A stretch of DNA of 64,000 nt from a virus (IMGVR_UViG_3300029288_000056:128001-192000), one strand, 5' to 3'. Shown: positions 37,691-46,847, counted from the stretch's first letter. Notes: generated from the letters alone by a model not told the origin. Made by a program: numbers and translations.

Positions 37691-37720
37691 ATTCTATCAC
37701 ATTTCTTAGAAAAGTCAAGC
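37691..37720 (-). promoter_or_regulatory. conserved promoter, probably giving a leaderless mRNA
   Basis: TTGACT-16-TAGAAT, ATG 6 nt downstream, no RBS. Confidence 0.7.
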
Positions 37721-37724
37721 GTTT

Positions 37725-38255
37725 TTATAGACTCAGTATCGTAAAGGGTGGCTTAACATAACAGTCGTGTTCAACCGCGGCTTCTAGGGCCTCAATCAGT
37801 CTTTCCTCTGGTGTCATCCCAAGTACTTTGGCGGTCGTAAAAAGGGACCCTATGGAATAAAACGCTCCCGATCCTATGGCCGCATACTCCCTTGTAGACT
37901 GTACAGCTGATCCATCCTTACCCATCCAAAATAACTTTCCTTGAGTCCCTATCAGTAGTTCAACACCAAGTTCGTCGTCGTCTTTAAATTCGTGTTCCGC
38001 TAGACATTTTCGCATAGCTGCAGAGAAACTTGAGCACATGTACGAATCCAGATCCTTCTTTACTTTTGGCGGAACAAACGCGTGCCGTATAATTTGAGAA
38101 AATCTCAACAAACCTGCACAACCAATTATAAAATCACCCTTAACACAGATCTTGGGCACATTTGTTAGGGAATAAAAACCGTCCTCCCTAGAAATCATAC
38201 CGTCTGTGCCCAAATAAACTTTACCTTCACTAATGATACCTGCTATTGCTGTCAC
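37725..38255 (-). CDS. HslV / proteasome-beta-like Ntn protease
   Basis: N-terminal Thr, G.DG, K, G.AG, AIGSG. Confidence 0.82.
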   Translation of the reverse strand: MTAIAGIISEGKVYLGTDGMISREDGFYSLTNVPKICVKGDFIIGCAGLLRFSQIIRHAFVPPKVKKDLDSYMCSSFSAAMRKCLAEHEFKDDDELGVELLIGTQGKLFWMGKDGSAVQSTREYAAIGSGAFYSIGSLFTTAKVLGMTPEERLIEALEAAVEHDCYVKPPFTILSL

Positions 38256-38262
38256 TTATCTC

Positions 38263-39153
38263 CTAGTCATAAAAGTAGTTTCCGTCGAATAGGGTGGGGT
38301 TCTTGTCGGACTCGCTGACGTACCCACCCGTTTCAGGGTCAAACTTGTATATGTGAGTCTTCTCGTCACCATAAGTCGCACTATAGGTAGAATCACTATA
38401 ACCGCCGCCGTAACCGCCGCCGTAACCACTCCAGCCCCCGTAAATACGGCTTTTGTAACCAAGGCTAACGGCTGCGCACATGTTATCCCAGAACTTCTTT
38501 GTAGCGTTCTTCATGTTAGCCAGACTACCCTTGAGTGAAGCCGAAGAGAAAGCGTCCAAAGAGTTGTAAATATTTCTTGACTTCATCGCGCAAGAGTACT
38601 CAGCCATCGTCATCACGGTATCGTCTGAAATATCAGTCATGGTATTCTTATCCAAAGAGAGACCGTAGTCGTATCTTGGATAAGTATACGCAGGATATGC
38701 GGGATACGATTGCTTCTTTTGCTTCTTTATTTTCTTCGCTCTGATTCTAGAGCGTATTTTCTTTCCTCGTCTTTTTCGGCTCATTATAAGCTCCTCCTCT
38801 GTAAGCTCGTCGTCAAGTCCCTCGATTAGCCAATCTACCTCGTGCGCACCATTCCCACCGTCGTCCTCACCGTCGTCCTCATAATAAAGAAGGTCGCCCG
38901 GTCTCAGTATATCGCAAGACATACAAGCCCGTCGATAGCCTTTCTCGGTTAGGATAATGTCGTAGCTCTCAACCCACGTATCGCATTGAGGGCACCGTTC
39001 TACACCCATATCAGAGGCAATGAACTCCAGCTCGAAGAGTTCCATTCCGAGCGCGTCGGCTTCCTCGAAACCCAAGTCCTGAGTTCCGATTAAAGCCCAA
39101 ACAACATCCTCAGCTTGCTCCCTCATCTTCTGTGTTATTACTGTCATCGCCAT
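38263..39153 (-). CDS. hypothetical protein (zinc finger, acidic/basic tracts, GYGG repeats)
   Basis: ORF following a promoter. Confidence 0.7.
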   Translation of the reverse strand: MAMTVITQKMREQAEDVVWALIGTQDLGFEEADALGMELFELEFIASDMGVERCPQCDTWVESYDIILTEKGYRRACMSCDILRPGDLLYYEDDGEDDGGNGAHEVDWLIEGLDDELTEEELIMSRKRRGKKIRSRIRAKKIKKQKKQSYPAYPAYTYPRYDYGLSLDKNTMTDISDDTVMTMAEYSCAMKSRNIYNSLDAFSSASLKGSLANMKNATKKFWDNMCAAVSLGYKSRIYGGWSGYGGGYGGGYSDSTYSATYGDEKTHIYKFDPETGGYVSESDKNPTLFDGNYFYD

Positions 39154-39171
39154 CTTTTCCCTTTCTACTAC

Positions 39172-39202
39172 AATATAACATAGAACGAGTAAAAAGTCAA
39201 GC
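39172..39202 (-). promoter_or_regulatory. conserved phage promoter
   Basis: TTGACT-17-TATATT, extended TG. Confidence 0.8.
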
Positions 39203-39203
39203 G

Positions 39204-39722
39204 TTATTTTTCAACAATTTTGCAGCACCACATATCGGCCCAGTGCAAAAGTAAAGTCATGGGTTGCTCTTTTTGAGCATAAGAAGCGTTGTCGGGAACG
39301 TAAAGCCCATCATGGGCCCGAATCGCTTGAACCTCGTCAACATTTAGATCCACCTTTCCAGCCAACAGATGAAGGCTTCGTGTCGGGGTATCTATGTACG
39401 TCAGCGCGGCGTTTACTCTGTGTGCCTTCCCGTCCCACAAATACAGAGGCTTGCCCGGTTCGCCCACCTTCCCGAGGTCGTGAAACAGTCCGCAAATAAC
39501 ACAGGACTCGTCGGTTATTTCGGGTCTCATCAGGTTCTTAAGTTTTAACACGGTCTCTGTCACGTTAAGAGAATGGACTATAAGCCCGCCCGGTTGGCAA
39601 CAATGGAATTTCGTGGATGCGGGAGCTGTCTTCCAAACAGTGTTTTGGTTCAACCAATTTAGGAAGTTTACGACCTGCTCTTTGCGCGGGCCCAACATCT
39701 CAACTAACTGTTCGATATGCAT
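39204..39722 (-). CDS. HD-domain phosphohydrolase
   Basis: APAS.KFH...GGL..HS.NV, HDLGK, I.AHDG, LH.AD. Confidence 0.88.
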   Translation of the reverse strand: MHIEQLVEMLGPRKEQVVNFLNWLNQNTVWKTAPASTKFHCCQPGGLIVHSLNVTETVLKLKNLMRPEITDESCVICGLFHDLGKVGEPGKPLYLWDGKAHRVNAALTYIDTPTRSLHLLAGKVDLNVDEVQAIRAHDGLYVPDNASYAQKEQPMTLLLHWADMWCCKIVEK

Positions 39723-40009
39723 TTTTCTCCTTCATAGAGTTCTATTGTTATTCTTACTTTACGATCACCGTTAATGATCTCAAATACACGCGGTCCCTCG
39801 GTCATAATTTTCCAGCCTTCGTATCCTAAAGCCGTCACGCCGTTGGGGTAACGAAAACTGTCGCCAATAAGGATTTCTCCGATACATTCATCAATCTCGC
39901 GCCTTACATTCCAAATTTGCTTTACTGCGTCACTATTATTCGCAAGTAACTTATACTTCTCTGGTACCTTTACATCGTAGGTAAATTCACCCATCTTAAT
40001 CACCTCCAA
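39704..40009 (-). CDS. hypothetical protein
   Basis: ORF; likely start at MGEFTY. Confidence 0.55.
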   Translation of the reverse strand: MEVIKMGEFTYDVKVPEKYKLLANNSDAVKQIWNVRREIDECIGEILIGDSFRYPNGVTALGYEGWKIMTEGPRVFEIINGDRKVRITIELYEGEKCISNS

Positions 40010-40011
40010 AA

Positions 40012-40033
40012 CAAAAAACAGCCGTGCGGCTGT
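40012..40033 (-). terminator. intrinsic terminator
   Basis: ACAGCC-GCAC-GGCTGT followed by a T run. Confidence 0.75.
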
Positions 40034-40084
40034 CTTTATGGGTTGTGTAAAATTTAGTTTATGCCGCTATCACCTATAACAATA

Positions 40085-40588
40085 TTATAAGTGAAATATC
40101 CCATCAAAGTCCTTTCTTGATCTCCACTGAAGGAGCGCTCTCATTAACATGTTTTCCTTAGATTTGGTGTACTCACTGATCGTCGTTAGATCGCCTATCC
40201 GGCTTGCTAAGTCGGCTAGGGCTTTTTGATAAGCTGAAGCCTTAGGGTTGTCGGTCCTAATGAGTACCATGTTTTCCAGTATCTCAGCCCTATTTAGCTG
40301 CCACATTAACAGTATAATTCTGCCCACGAGGTATTCTTCAAACGCGTTTTCGGCCACATAGACCGTTCTTACCGCATTCGCAAAATCCTTAAACATCCTC
40401 TCATCCTCTACATCAGGCAACACGACATTGTGTGGTACAAATAACTTAATTCTCGGCTTGTTACGCGACCGTGCTACAGGACCATTGATCGCGTTTCGTA
40501 TATCTTCGGCGGTTGCTTTTTGTGCTTCTTGAATCTCTTGAGGTTGAGAAGGGACAAGGTCTTTACTCTCTTGTTCTTCTTCGGACAT
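40085..40588 (-). CDS. hypothetical protein
   Basis: E..LV.RI...W.L.RA..E helical motif. Confidence 0.65.
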   Translation of the reverse strand: MSEEEQESKDLVPSQPQEIQEAQKATAEDIRNAINGPVARSRNKPRIKLFVPHNVVLPDVEDERMFKDFANAVRTVYVAENAFEEYLVGRIILLMWQLNRAEILENMVLIRTDNPKASAYQKALADLASRIGDLTTISEYTKSKENMLMRALLQWRSRKDFDGIFHL

Positions 40589-40630
40589 AACACACAGTCT
40601 AAGTTATAAACACATTTAAAGTCGACACGG

Positions 40631-40924
40631 TTAATCTTCTTCATTTTCTTCAGAAATTTCTGCAGAATCTTCATGTCTAAGTTGTTCACAGGTTTTTGGA
40701 ATAACAAATGCTTCAAAACGATATCCCTTGCCTGTCTCTGGCCTATGAGATATTGCGGTTCGCAATTTTCCATTATTAACAGCTATGGGTATTCCGAGTC
40801 CACCAATGACGGCGGTCTTATCGGCGTCAACATAACACCAAGATCGCTTACATTTGCAGTAGACTTTTTCTTTTCCACTGATGGCGCGAACATCTTCGCA
40901 ATCAGGGCAATACAGTAGTTTCAT
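40631..40924 (-). CDS. hypothetical zinc-binding protein
   Basis: MKLLYC..C.D, C.C. Confidence 0.65.
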   Translation of the reverse strand: MKLLYCPDCEDVRAISGKEKVYCKCKRSWCYVDADKTAVIGGLGIPIAVNNGKLRTAISHRPETGKGYRFEAFVIPKTCEQLRHEDSAEISEENEED

Positions 40925-40926
40925 AA

Positions 40927-41199
40927 TTAACCTTCTATTTTCGGTTTTCTTGTGTATTTTCTCTTCTTAACCGCTTCCACGGGTACTTCGGTTTTTTCAG
41001 GCTCAATCTCTCTATTTCCAACGACCTTGGGTCTACAGAAGTTGAGCTTATTTTTTTCATGGCTACAGCGGCCGGTTTCGTCCATATAGAACTGGCATGC
41101 CGGTCGTCTATGCGGTTTGGTTGAAGAGATAACTTCTGGATTTTCACCAATAGCCTCTAGAAAATCACAGTGATACACGAATAGATAATTGTTAAACAT
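40927..41199 (-). CDS. hypothetical protein
   Basis: GGAGG RBS. Confidence 0.6.
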   Translation of the reverse strand: MFNNYLFVYHCDFLEAIGENPEVISSTKPHRRPACQFYMDETGRCSHEKNKLNFCRPKVVGNREIEPEKTEVPVEAVKKRKYTRKPKIEG

Positions 41200-41237
41200 A
41201 GTCTTCCTCCTACACGGTTACGTATCTTCACGATACA

Positions 41238-41420
41238 CTAAATTCTTCTCTTTATAATAGAAATATCATTTGTATAAACAGGGTGTATTTCACCTGTACT
41301 AGTTGCCCATATAATATCACAGTAATAATACCCCGGTGATACATTTGTTTCGGTAGGTGTGAGATTAAATATGGCTACACCCTGACTACCTCTGGTAGTG
41401 ACGTCAGCATTTTTAGTTAA
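41238..41420 (-). pseudogene. start-less fragment resembling a BppU-type baseplate Ig-like domain
   Basis: Frame reads LTKNADV..GVAIFNLTPTET..PGYYYCDI.W...G; no start codon. Confidence 0.4.
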
Positions 41421-41460
41421 AATAATATTAAAATAAAGACCATTGTTGATAAATGGGTAT

Positions 41461-41489
41461 AAAAATACACCCTTTTTAGAGGGTGTATT
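41461..41489 (-). terminator. intrinsic terminator after def
   Basis: 10-bp inverted repeat AATACACCCT/AGGGTGTATT plus T run. Confidence 0.7.
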
Positions 41490-41511
41490 ATATCATCGGG
41501 GAAAACTGTTT

Positions 41512-42075
41512 TTAATTAGTTTTTAATTGCTCTATTCGCTTCCTCAGCTGCCGCACCATGTTACCAACCTTGATGCGTTCCATCGTGCTGATTCTCTCAA
41601 GCATCGTTATTCCGTTAAGGTGGTCAACTTCATGATACGCAATACGCGCTTCAAACTCTGTAAACTCGGTTTGAACCCTGTTACCACTGATGTCGTTAAA
41701 CTCAACCGTCAGTTTGGTGGGTCGCTGCACTGTTATGTAAAGGTCGGGAAAACTAAGGCATCCCTCGTAGTCCCTGATCTTTATTCCGTCTTCACTGATG
41801 ATTGTCGGATTTGTCAGTGTGGCGTACCCGACAACCTCGTAGCTGTCTTTAACCGGCTTTACTCTGGCCACGATGCACATTTGTTTGTTTATGCCGATCT
41901 GATTCGCAGCTAGCCCCATCGCTTTCTTTTCAAGAAAGACACTGACCAGCTCTTTTTCAAGTTCAGCCACGGTCTCGTCAAAGGCCTCAATTGGCTGACA
42001 GACTTCTTTTAGGATAGGATCTCCAAAGTACCTAAGTGGCATTTTTACCCTTTCTGTTTTCGTATCGGTTTCCAC
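41512..42075 (-). CDS. def: peptide deformylase
   Basis: GLAANQIG, EGCLS, HEVDH. Confidence 0.95.
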   Translation of the reverse strand: METDTKTERVKMPLRYFGDPILKEVCQPIEAFDETVAELEKELVSVFLEKKAMGLAANQIGINKQMCIVARVKPVKDSYEVVGYATLTNPTIISEDGIKIRDYEGCLSFPDLYITVQRPTKLTVEFNDISGNRVQTEFTEFEARIAYHEVDHLNGITMLERISTMERIKVGNMVRQLRKRIEQLKTN

Positions 42076-42211
42076 ACCCGACTCCGCTCAGAAGTGTGTG
42101 TACTTCGTCGCACATATGGATATTGGTAGTATAAAATGAATTGCAGCTCATTCTATAGTACCTCACAACATATTTCAACCAAAGCCCTGCAAGGCTCACG
42201 AAAACAGTCTA

Positions 42212-42242
42212 ATACTATCATAAACTTGTGCAAAAGTCAAGC
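42212..42242 (-). promoter_or_regulatory. conserved phage promoter
   Basis: TTGACT-17-TAGTAT, extended TG. Confidence 0.8.
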
Positions 42243-42248
42243 GTTATT

Positions 42249-43700
42249 TTAAACCTCAACCCCGTAAACGTCGCTCCAGTCGTCCATTGTCAAGACTGGT
42301 GTACAAATTCCGTTTGCGTCGGGTGCGATTTCAATCTCATCATCAAGGAATATGTCGGCCCGGTTAATGATTTTTCCAGCACTGATGGTGAACAAGCTTT
42401 GTGATGCCCCAGAACCGGATCTCATTTGACCTACTGAAAACGGAGAGGCTCCAACGAAGGACCCGTTAACTATCCACTTACCGTAACCGGACTTTCCGCC
42501 TTCTGACGGTCTGTGGAAATGGCCTATCTTGGTGTACTTCGGTGGTCTTCCTGTGAGCTCAGCAAACTGTCCGATTGCTCTATCAAGGCCGTAATAAGGG
42601 AACTGCAGGTGGGAACGGATACTGTCACCATGGAAGATAAGGTGTCTCTTGCCCGGGAACTCAGGTATCTCGTAGATCAGACCTTCGCCGGTAGAGACAT
42701 AGATGTTTACCCCTTCACACGGCTTAGACCCTCGCCAAGGCAGAAACATACGTTGAAGATTTCTGTAAACGGCGTAGTCAAAGTTGCTGCGTTTGTGATG
42801 ATTCTTGTTCGTCCTTCCGTGGTTTCCATAGACGCAAAAGATGTCTATTGGAATATCCGGGTAGCGCTCAGCAACAGACCCAATGACGCGCGCCAGCTCG
42901 TCGCAAGCCATATACATTGCGTCAAAAGGCTCGAGATCTAAGTACCGTTGTTGGCCGGGATAGATGTCTATACCTTCAATGAAGTCGCCGAGTAAGTCAA
43001 TGACAATTCTAGACGGCATATAGCCGGTATCGAGCGCGTCTTGAATCTTGTGGAAGTGCTCGATCCATCGGTCAACTTTTTGCGGAATGATCTTTGAGTT
43101 GTATTCCCACATTCCCAAAACGTCGCCAGACTTGAAACATTCACCAATTTGCCAATCACCCAAGAGACAGTTCGTGACAAACTTGCCGTCTGTGTGTCGT
43201 GTCTCTTTGCGCTTAATTCTTAAACGTGACGGTCTTCGCAACGACGCTCGAAGGATGGCGTCATCAAATCTAGCCCACCAATTCACGAGTTCATCGTTCT
43301 TTTTACGAAGTCTTTCAATTTCGTCCCAATAAGGGCGTAGGCCCTCGTCGTCTTCGTAACCGATGTCTCGCGCTTTCTCTCTCAGGCTGTTTAAAGACCT
43401 GCCGTAAAAACCTTCTTCAAATATTTGCTTACACTTGTCATTAATTGATCCTGAAATAGAGTTAAGCTTTCCCCTAAACTCTTCTTCTTGTTCGTCAGTC
43501 CACGTCAACCCCGCATAGTTGTCGTTTTCAAAGTCGTTTCCAATACCTAATACCGCGATGCGCTTTTCAATCGACTTATACGACCGATCTAATACTCCTG
43601 AATTAGCTAGGTTGATACATTTTTCAGTCTTCGTTCTTCCTGTTACGGTTGGATAATGCTCTTTTAATAAACAATCTTCTTCTTCGGTCCATAAATTCAC
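42249..43700 (-). CDS. calcineurin-like metallophosphoesterase with Myb-like N-terminal repeats
   Basis: WT.E.. twice; GDWQ.G, GD..EG, GNHGR, HGD, GHFH. Confidence 0.82.
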   Translation of the reverse strand: MNLWTEEEDCLLKEHYPTVTGRTKTEKCINLANSGVLDRSYKSIEKRIAVLGIGNDFENDNYAGLTWTDEQEEEFRGKLNSISGSINDKCKQIFEEGFYGRSLNSLREKARDIGYEDDEGLRPYWDEIERLRKKNDELVNWWARFDDAILRASLRRPSRLRIKRKETRHTDGKFVTNCLLGDWQIGECFKSGDVLGMWEYNSKIIPQKVDRWIEHFHKIQDALDTGYMPSRIVIDLLGDFIEGIDIYPGQQRYLDLEPFDAMYMACDELARVIGSVAERYPDIPIDIFCVYGNHGRTNKNHHKRSNFDYAVYRNLQRMFLPWRGSKPCEGVNIYVSTGEGLIYEIPEFPGKRHLIFHGDSIRSHLQFPYYGLDRAIGQFAELTGRPPKYTKIGHFHRPSEGGKSGYGKWIVNGSFVGASPFSVGQMRSGSGASQSLFTISAGKIINRADIFLDDEIEIAPDANGICTPVLTMDDWSDVYGVEV

Positions 43701-43750
43701 TATAAAACTCCTTGTATAGGTTATACTCTACTTAACACGATCTAAGTAAA

Positions 43751-44083
43751 TTAGTCCCAAATTATATACGGTAAAGCTAAATTGTATTTTAATACGTTAT
43801 CTACGTAAACATCGATCTCGCACTTACTGTTTGGAACAGTAACATCTTGAGACGCACCGGAATGAGCCTTTAAGACGAATTTTAAAGTCTTATAGTCCTC
43901 AAACACCGTGCTATCTTCCTCGGCCGCCGTGATGTAGATTTCAATCTTCGAGTCCACGTCGGAGGAGTTCATCATCTTAACATGTAGCACAGTAGTCTTG
44001 TCGCTATTGTAAGACGGGGACAAAGAAATATACTCTGCGAATGTAAACGAGAATAACAACAATAGAATGGCTAGTATCTTCAT
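43751..44083 (-). CDS. secreted hypothetical protein
   Basis: Signal peptide MKILAILLLLFSFTFA; start reset outside the tRNA. Confidence 0.65.
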   Translation of the reverse strand: MKILAILLLLFSFTFAEYISLSPSYNSDKTTVLHVKMMNSSDVDSKIEIYITAAEEDSTVFEDYKTLKFVLKAHSGASQDVTVPNSKCEIDVYVDNVLKYNLALPYIIWD

Positions 44084-44100
44084 ATTATCACTTCCTTTTG

Positions 44101-44189
44101 CGGAGAACGCAGGACTTGAACCTGCAAGGCGCAGTTGAATACGCCGGTGGACTTCCAATCCACTGCCTTACCAATTAGACTAGTTCTCC
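44101..44189 (-). tRNA. tRNA-Ser(GGA)
   Basis: GGAGAAC/GTTCTCC, G73, GTGGA-TTGGAAG-TCCAC, long V arm. Confidence 0.92.
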
Positions 44190-44713
44190 TATCCGAAACT
44201 TTCTTGCTCAACCAGATCTCTTAGTTTCTTTTTCAGCGCTATGGCGTCCGTGGTGAGCTTGTCGTCATCTTCTTTGGCATATTCAAACCAAATAAGACAA
44301 AAGTCTTGTTGAAACTCAAACCACGCCGTTATCATGTCTTTATGATGTCCAATGATGCCGCAATGAGGATACTCGCAAATCCACAAATCGTTTTCCTTGT
44401 ACATTTTCACTAAAATCGGTTCATAAAAATAAAGCCTAACAGTGTTATCCGTCACCATTGATATTTCATTATCGCCGCTTTTTATAACTTCCTTAACTAC
44501 TTCAACTTCAGGTTCATCCATCCATAATTTCTCCATGTTTAGCCCTAAATGGCGCGACATACGAAAAGCAAACTCAGATTGTATATTAGGAACTACACCT
44601 TCCGCGTCTAACTCATAGTCTTTCCACCAATCCGGCAAAACATATTCAAGTAGCCATTCCTTAGTATAACCGGCTTTAGATAAACAATCGTACATTTTTT
44701 GTAATTCTATCAT
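44189..44713 (-). CDS. hypothetical protein with HicB-like C-terminal half
   Basis: W.CEYP..GI.G....A...F pattern. Confidence 0.55.
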   Translation of the reverse strand: MIELQKMYDCLSKAGYTKEWLLEYVLPDWWKDYELDAEGVVPNIQSEFAFRMSRHLGLNMEKLWMDEPEVEVVKEVIKSGDNEISMVTDNTVRLYFYEPILVKMYKENDLWICEYPHCGIIGHHKDMITAWFEFQQDFCLIWFEYAKEDDDKLTTDAIALKKKLRDLVEQESFG

Positions 44714-44868
44714 AATACGGGCTCCGCTTTTTCTTCTCCTGTAATTATATACTTAAACGGATATTCTTCTTTTGGTTCAACATAAACAAAGGTCTTTTCT
44801 GTGTCAGAAAACACCCAACCTCCGCATTTACTACAGTCTCTTGCGGGATTCCAGCAATTACAACTCAT
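44710..44868 (-). CDS. small zinc-binding protein
   Basis: AAGGAG RBS before MSCNC. Confidence 0.55.
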   Translation of the reverse strand: MSCNCWNPARDCSKCGGWVFSDTEKTFVYVEPKEEYPFKYIITGEEKAEPVL

Positions 44869-45063
44869 ATGAACTCCTTTAAAAATAGTTAGGTGGTGTG
44901 CTAACCTGCGACCTCTTTCAGCTAACATCTTCTCCTAAATCTTACGGCGGCTGGACATGATGGTGAATCTCTTTTGGCCAATCCCGAACGCTCAGTCCTT
45001 TTGGAATGCACTGTGAATCTTACCTAGGCAATTCACAGGAGAGCCATCGTTCCGTAACCATTG

Positions 45064-45145
45064 CGGAGGAAGAGGGATTTGAACCCCCAAGCCCTTGCGG
45101 GCGGCAGATTTCAAGTCTGCTGCGTTACCGTTACGCTATTCCTCC
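45064..45145 (-). tRNA. tRNA-Ser(TGA)
   Basis: GGAGGAA/TTCCTCC, G73, GCAGA-CTTGAAA-TCTGC. Confidence 0.92.
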
Positions 45146-45180
45146 AGAACTCTATGGAATATCTCTTGTTCTATTTCCCA

Positions 45181-45591
45181 TTATTCCTCCTGTGATCTAA
45201 CTTCTGATACTGCCGTTATCTGTAGGTCGTACTTGAGTGTAACAACAAGCCCGTCTTCCGATAGTTTACACTCATCATTAGGACAGAAGAACGGAAACTC
45301 ATCTTCACCCCATAGATTGTTGGGCTCTTGATCTTCAATCTCTATTCTTATTTCGGTGCCGCATTTAGGGCACTTAACGATTAAGTCGTAAGGTGTGTCT
45401 AAATACTTCACTCTGTCCATATCGATTTTGCGGTCTGTGCGAATTATAGTAGTTATCGGTTTTGCAATACAATCATGAGTTGGTTGGTTGATAGTGCACC
45501 CACCGCATTCCATCATATTAGTGCAATTATAGACCGCGTATAATCCTGCAAACTCACCCATGTAAGGGCACTTATACTTTATTTCTTCCAT
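45181..45591 (-). CDS. Cys-rich hypothetical protein
   Basis: Start reset to MEEIKYK with RBS. Confidence 0.6.
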   Translation of the reverse strand: MEEIKYKCPYMGEFAGLYAVYNCTNMMECGGCTINQPTHDCIAKPITTIIRTDRKIDMDRVKYLDTPYDLIVKCPKCGTEIRIEIEDQEPNNLWGEDEFPFFCPNDECKLSEDGLVVTLKYDLQITAVSEVRSQEE

Positions 45592-45603
45592 TAGATCTCC
45601 TTT

Positions 45604-45685
45604 CGGAAGACGCTGGATTTGAACCAACATGGCCTTGCGGCCGCCGCTGTTCGGGAGCGGTGTCTTACCGTTAGACTAGTCTTCC
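45604..45685 (-). tRNA. tRNA-Ser(CGA), C33 variant
   Basis: GGAAGAC/GTCTTCC, G73, CCGCT-CCCGAAC-AGCGG, long V arm. Confidence 0.88.
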
Positions 45686-46384
45686 TTATTCTTCTCGCTC
45701 ATCAACGATCTCCAATATCTTCTTCATAACTTCAGATCCCACCGTTAGTGGTGTCTCCCACCACAGGCTTGGGGTACGGCAAGTACCGTACTTAAACCAA
45801 AGCGGAGCGGCTTGCCAAGCTGGTATCTCACTTATTATCTCAAGCCTTTCCTTAGTCGTTACATTCATCAGCTCTTTGTGAGACAATTGCGAACTGGCAA
45901 ACATGCTTATTGCGTTCTTAATCGCATCGCGGCTTCGCCAAACGAAGTAGTTACCTACGTCCTCAGTCGGTACGTTAAAAACTCTAGCATCAAATGTTGC
46001 ATTACTGACTGGGCTTAAAGCACCATCCACCACTTTAAGTATCTCACTGTTAAAAGCCGCAGTTACAATAGATGCGGTAACAGAGGCTATTTTCTGAGTC
46101 CTACCAGCGAACCAATTTTCACTTTCGAATGTTCGGTAGTTCTTCACGAAGATAGATATCTCATCTGACTGTATGAACGCAATTTCTGCACCCATAATAC
46201 TCTGCATGGCGCTCTTCGCTGCTTCACAAAGAGCCTCGTGTATTCTTAAATCATACGGGTGTTGAAACCTCTTACAATAAGTGTGGAAACACCTACCATC
46301 AACACGAATCATTACGGGAGTGCGCGGCATAAGAACGCCGTCGGCACTCTTCTCGTACGCCTTCATCCTGTCAGATAGTTCCAT
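45686..46384 (-). CDS. Thg1-like 3'-5' polymerase (tRNA-His guanylyltransferase family)
   Basis: RMK.YE, RVDGR.FH, QSDEIS, FDAR, YF.WR.D..KN. Confidence 0.92.
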   Translation of the reverse strand: MELSDRMKAYEKSADGVLMPRTPVMIRVDGRCFHTYCKRFQHPYDLRIHEALCEAAKSAMQSIMGAEIAFIQSDEISIFVKNYRTFESENWFAGRTQKIASVTASIVTAAFNSEILKVVDGALSPVSNATFDARVFNVPTEDVGNYFVWRSRDAIKNAISMFASSQLSHKELMNVTTKERLEIISEIPAWQAAPLWFKYGTCRTPSLWWETPLTVGSEVMKKILEIVDEREE

Positions 46385-46832
46385 GGTCCCCTCCTAGTAG
46401 TTCCAACATTCTTTTGTTTCCGGTTTTCTTGCACTCTTCTATAATATGTTTCATAATCGCCTCACGAAGATCCTTTTCATACTTCCATTCTGCTTTCCGG
46501 CCTAATGAACACCCGATAGTCTCGGTGAAGAATGAAGGATGATCGTAACGCACATGCGGGCAGTCTTCACAATAAGGAGTACAAGCAATGTATTTGTTGA
46601 AAGGCGGCTTAAAGATCGCATCCCGCACCTCTTGTATTGTTCTGTACACCTCGTCTAGCTTCGCGCCGCAAAAAGGACAGTAGTTCAGTATGAATGCTTC
46701 GGTAGCGACGTTACCATATTCGACTCTAGTTGCGAATACGCGGCACTTCCTACCCTTGCTGTCTTTAAAATCGTCATCTCTGATGTGCCCTGCAAGCATC
46801 ATCATCGTCATACCTTCACAACAGTTTTCCAT
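46371..46832 (-). CDS. Cys-rich hypothetical protein
   Basis: Start reset to MENCC; NYCPFCG. Confidence 0.6.
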   Translation of the reverse strand: MENCCEGMTMMMLAGHIRDDDFKDSKGRKCRVFATRVEYGNVATEAFILNYCPFCGAKLDEVYRTIQEVRDAIFKPPFNKYIACTPYCEDCPHVRYDHPSFFTETIGCSLGRKAEWKYEKDLREAIMKHIIEECKKTGNKRMLELLGGDHGTI

Positions 46833-46847
46833 TTTTACTCCTTTAAT

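Noticed and set aside
38395-38443. ACCGCCGCCGTA tandem repeat
   Set aside because: It encodes GYGG low-complexity sequence within 38263..39153
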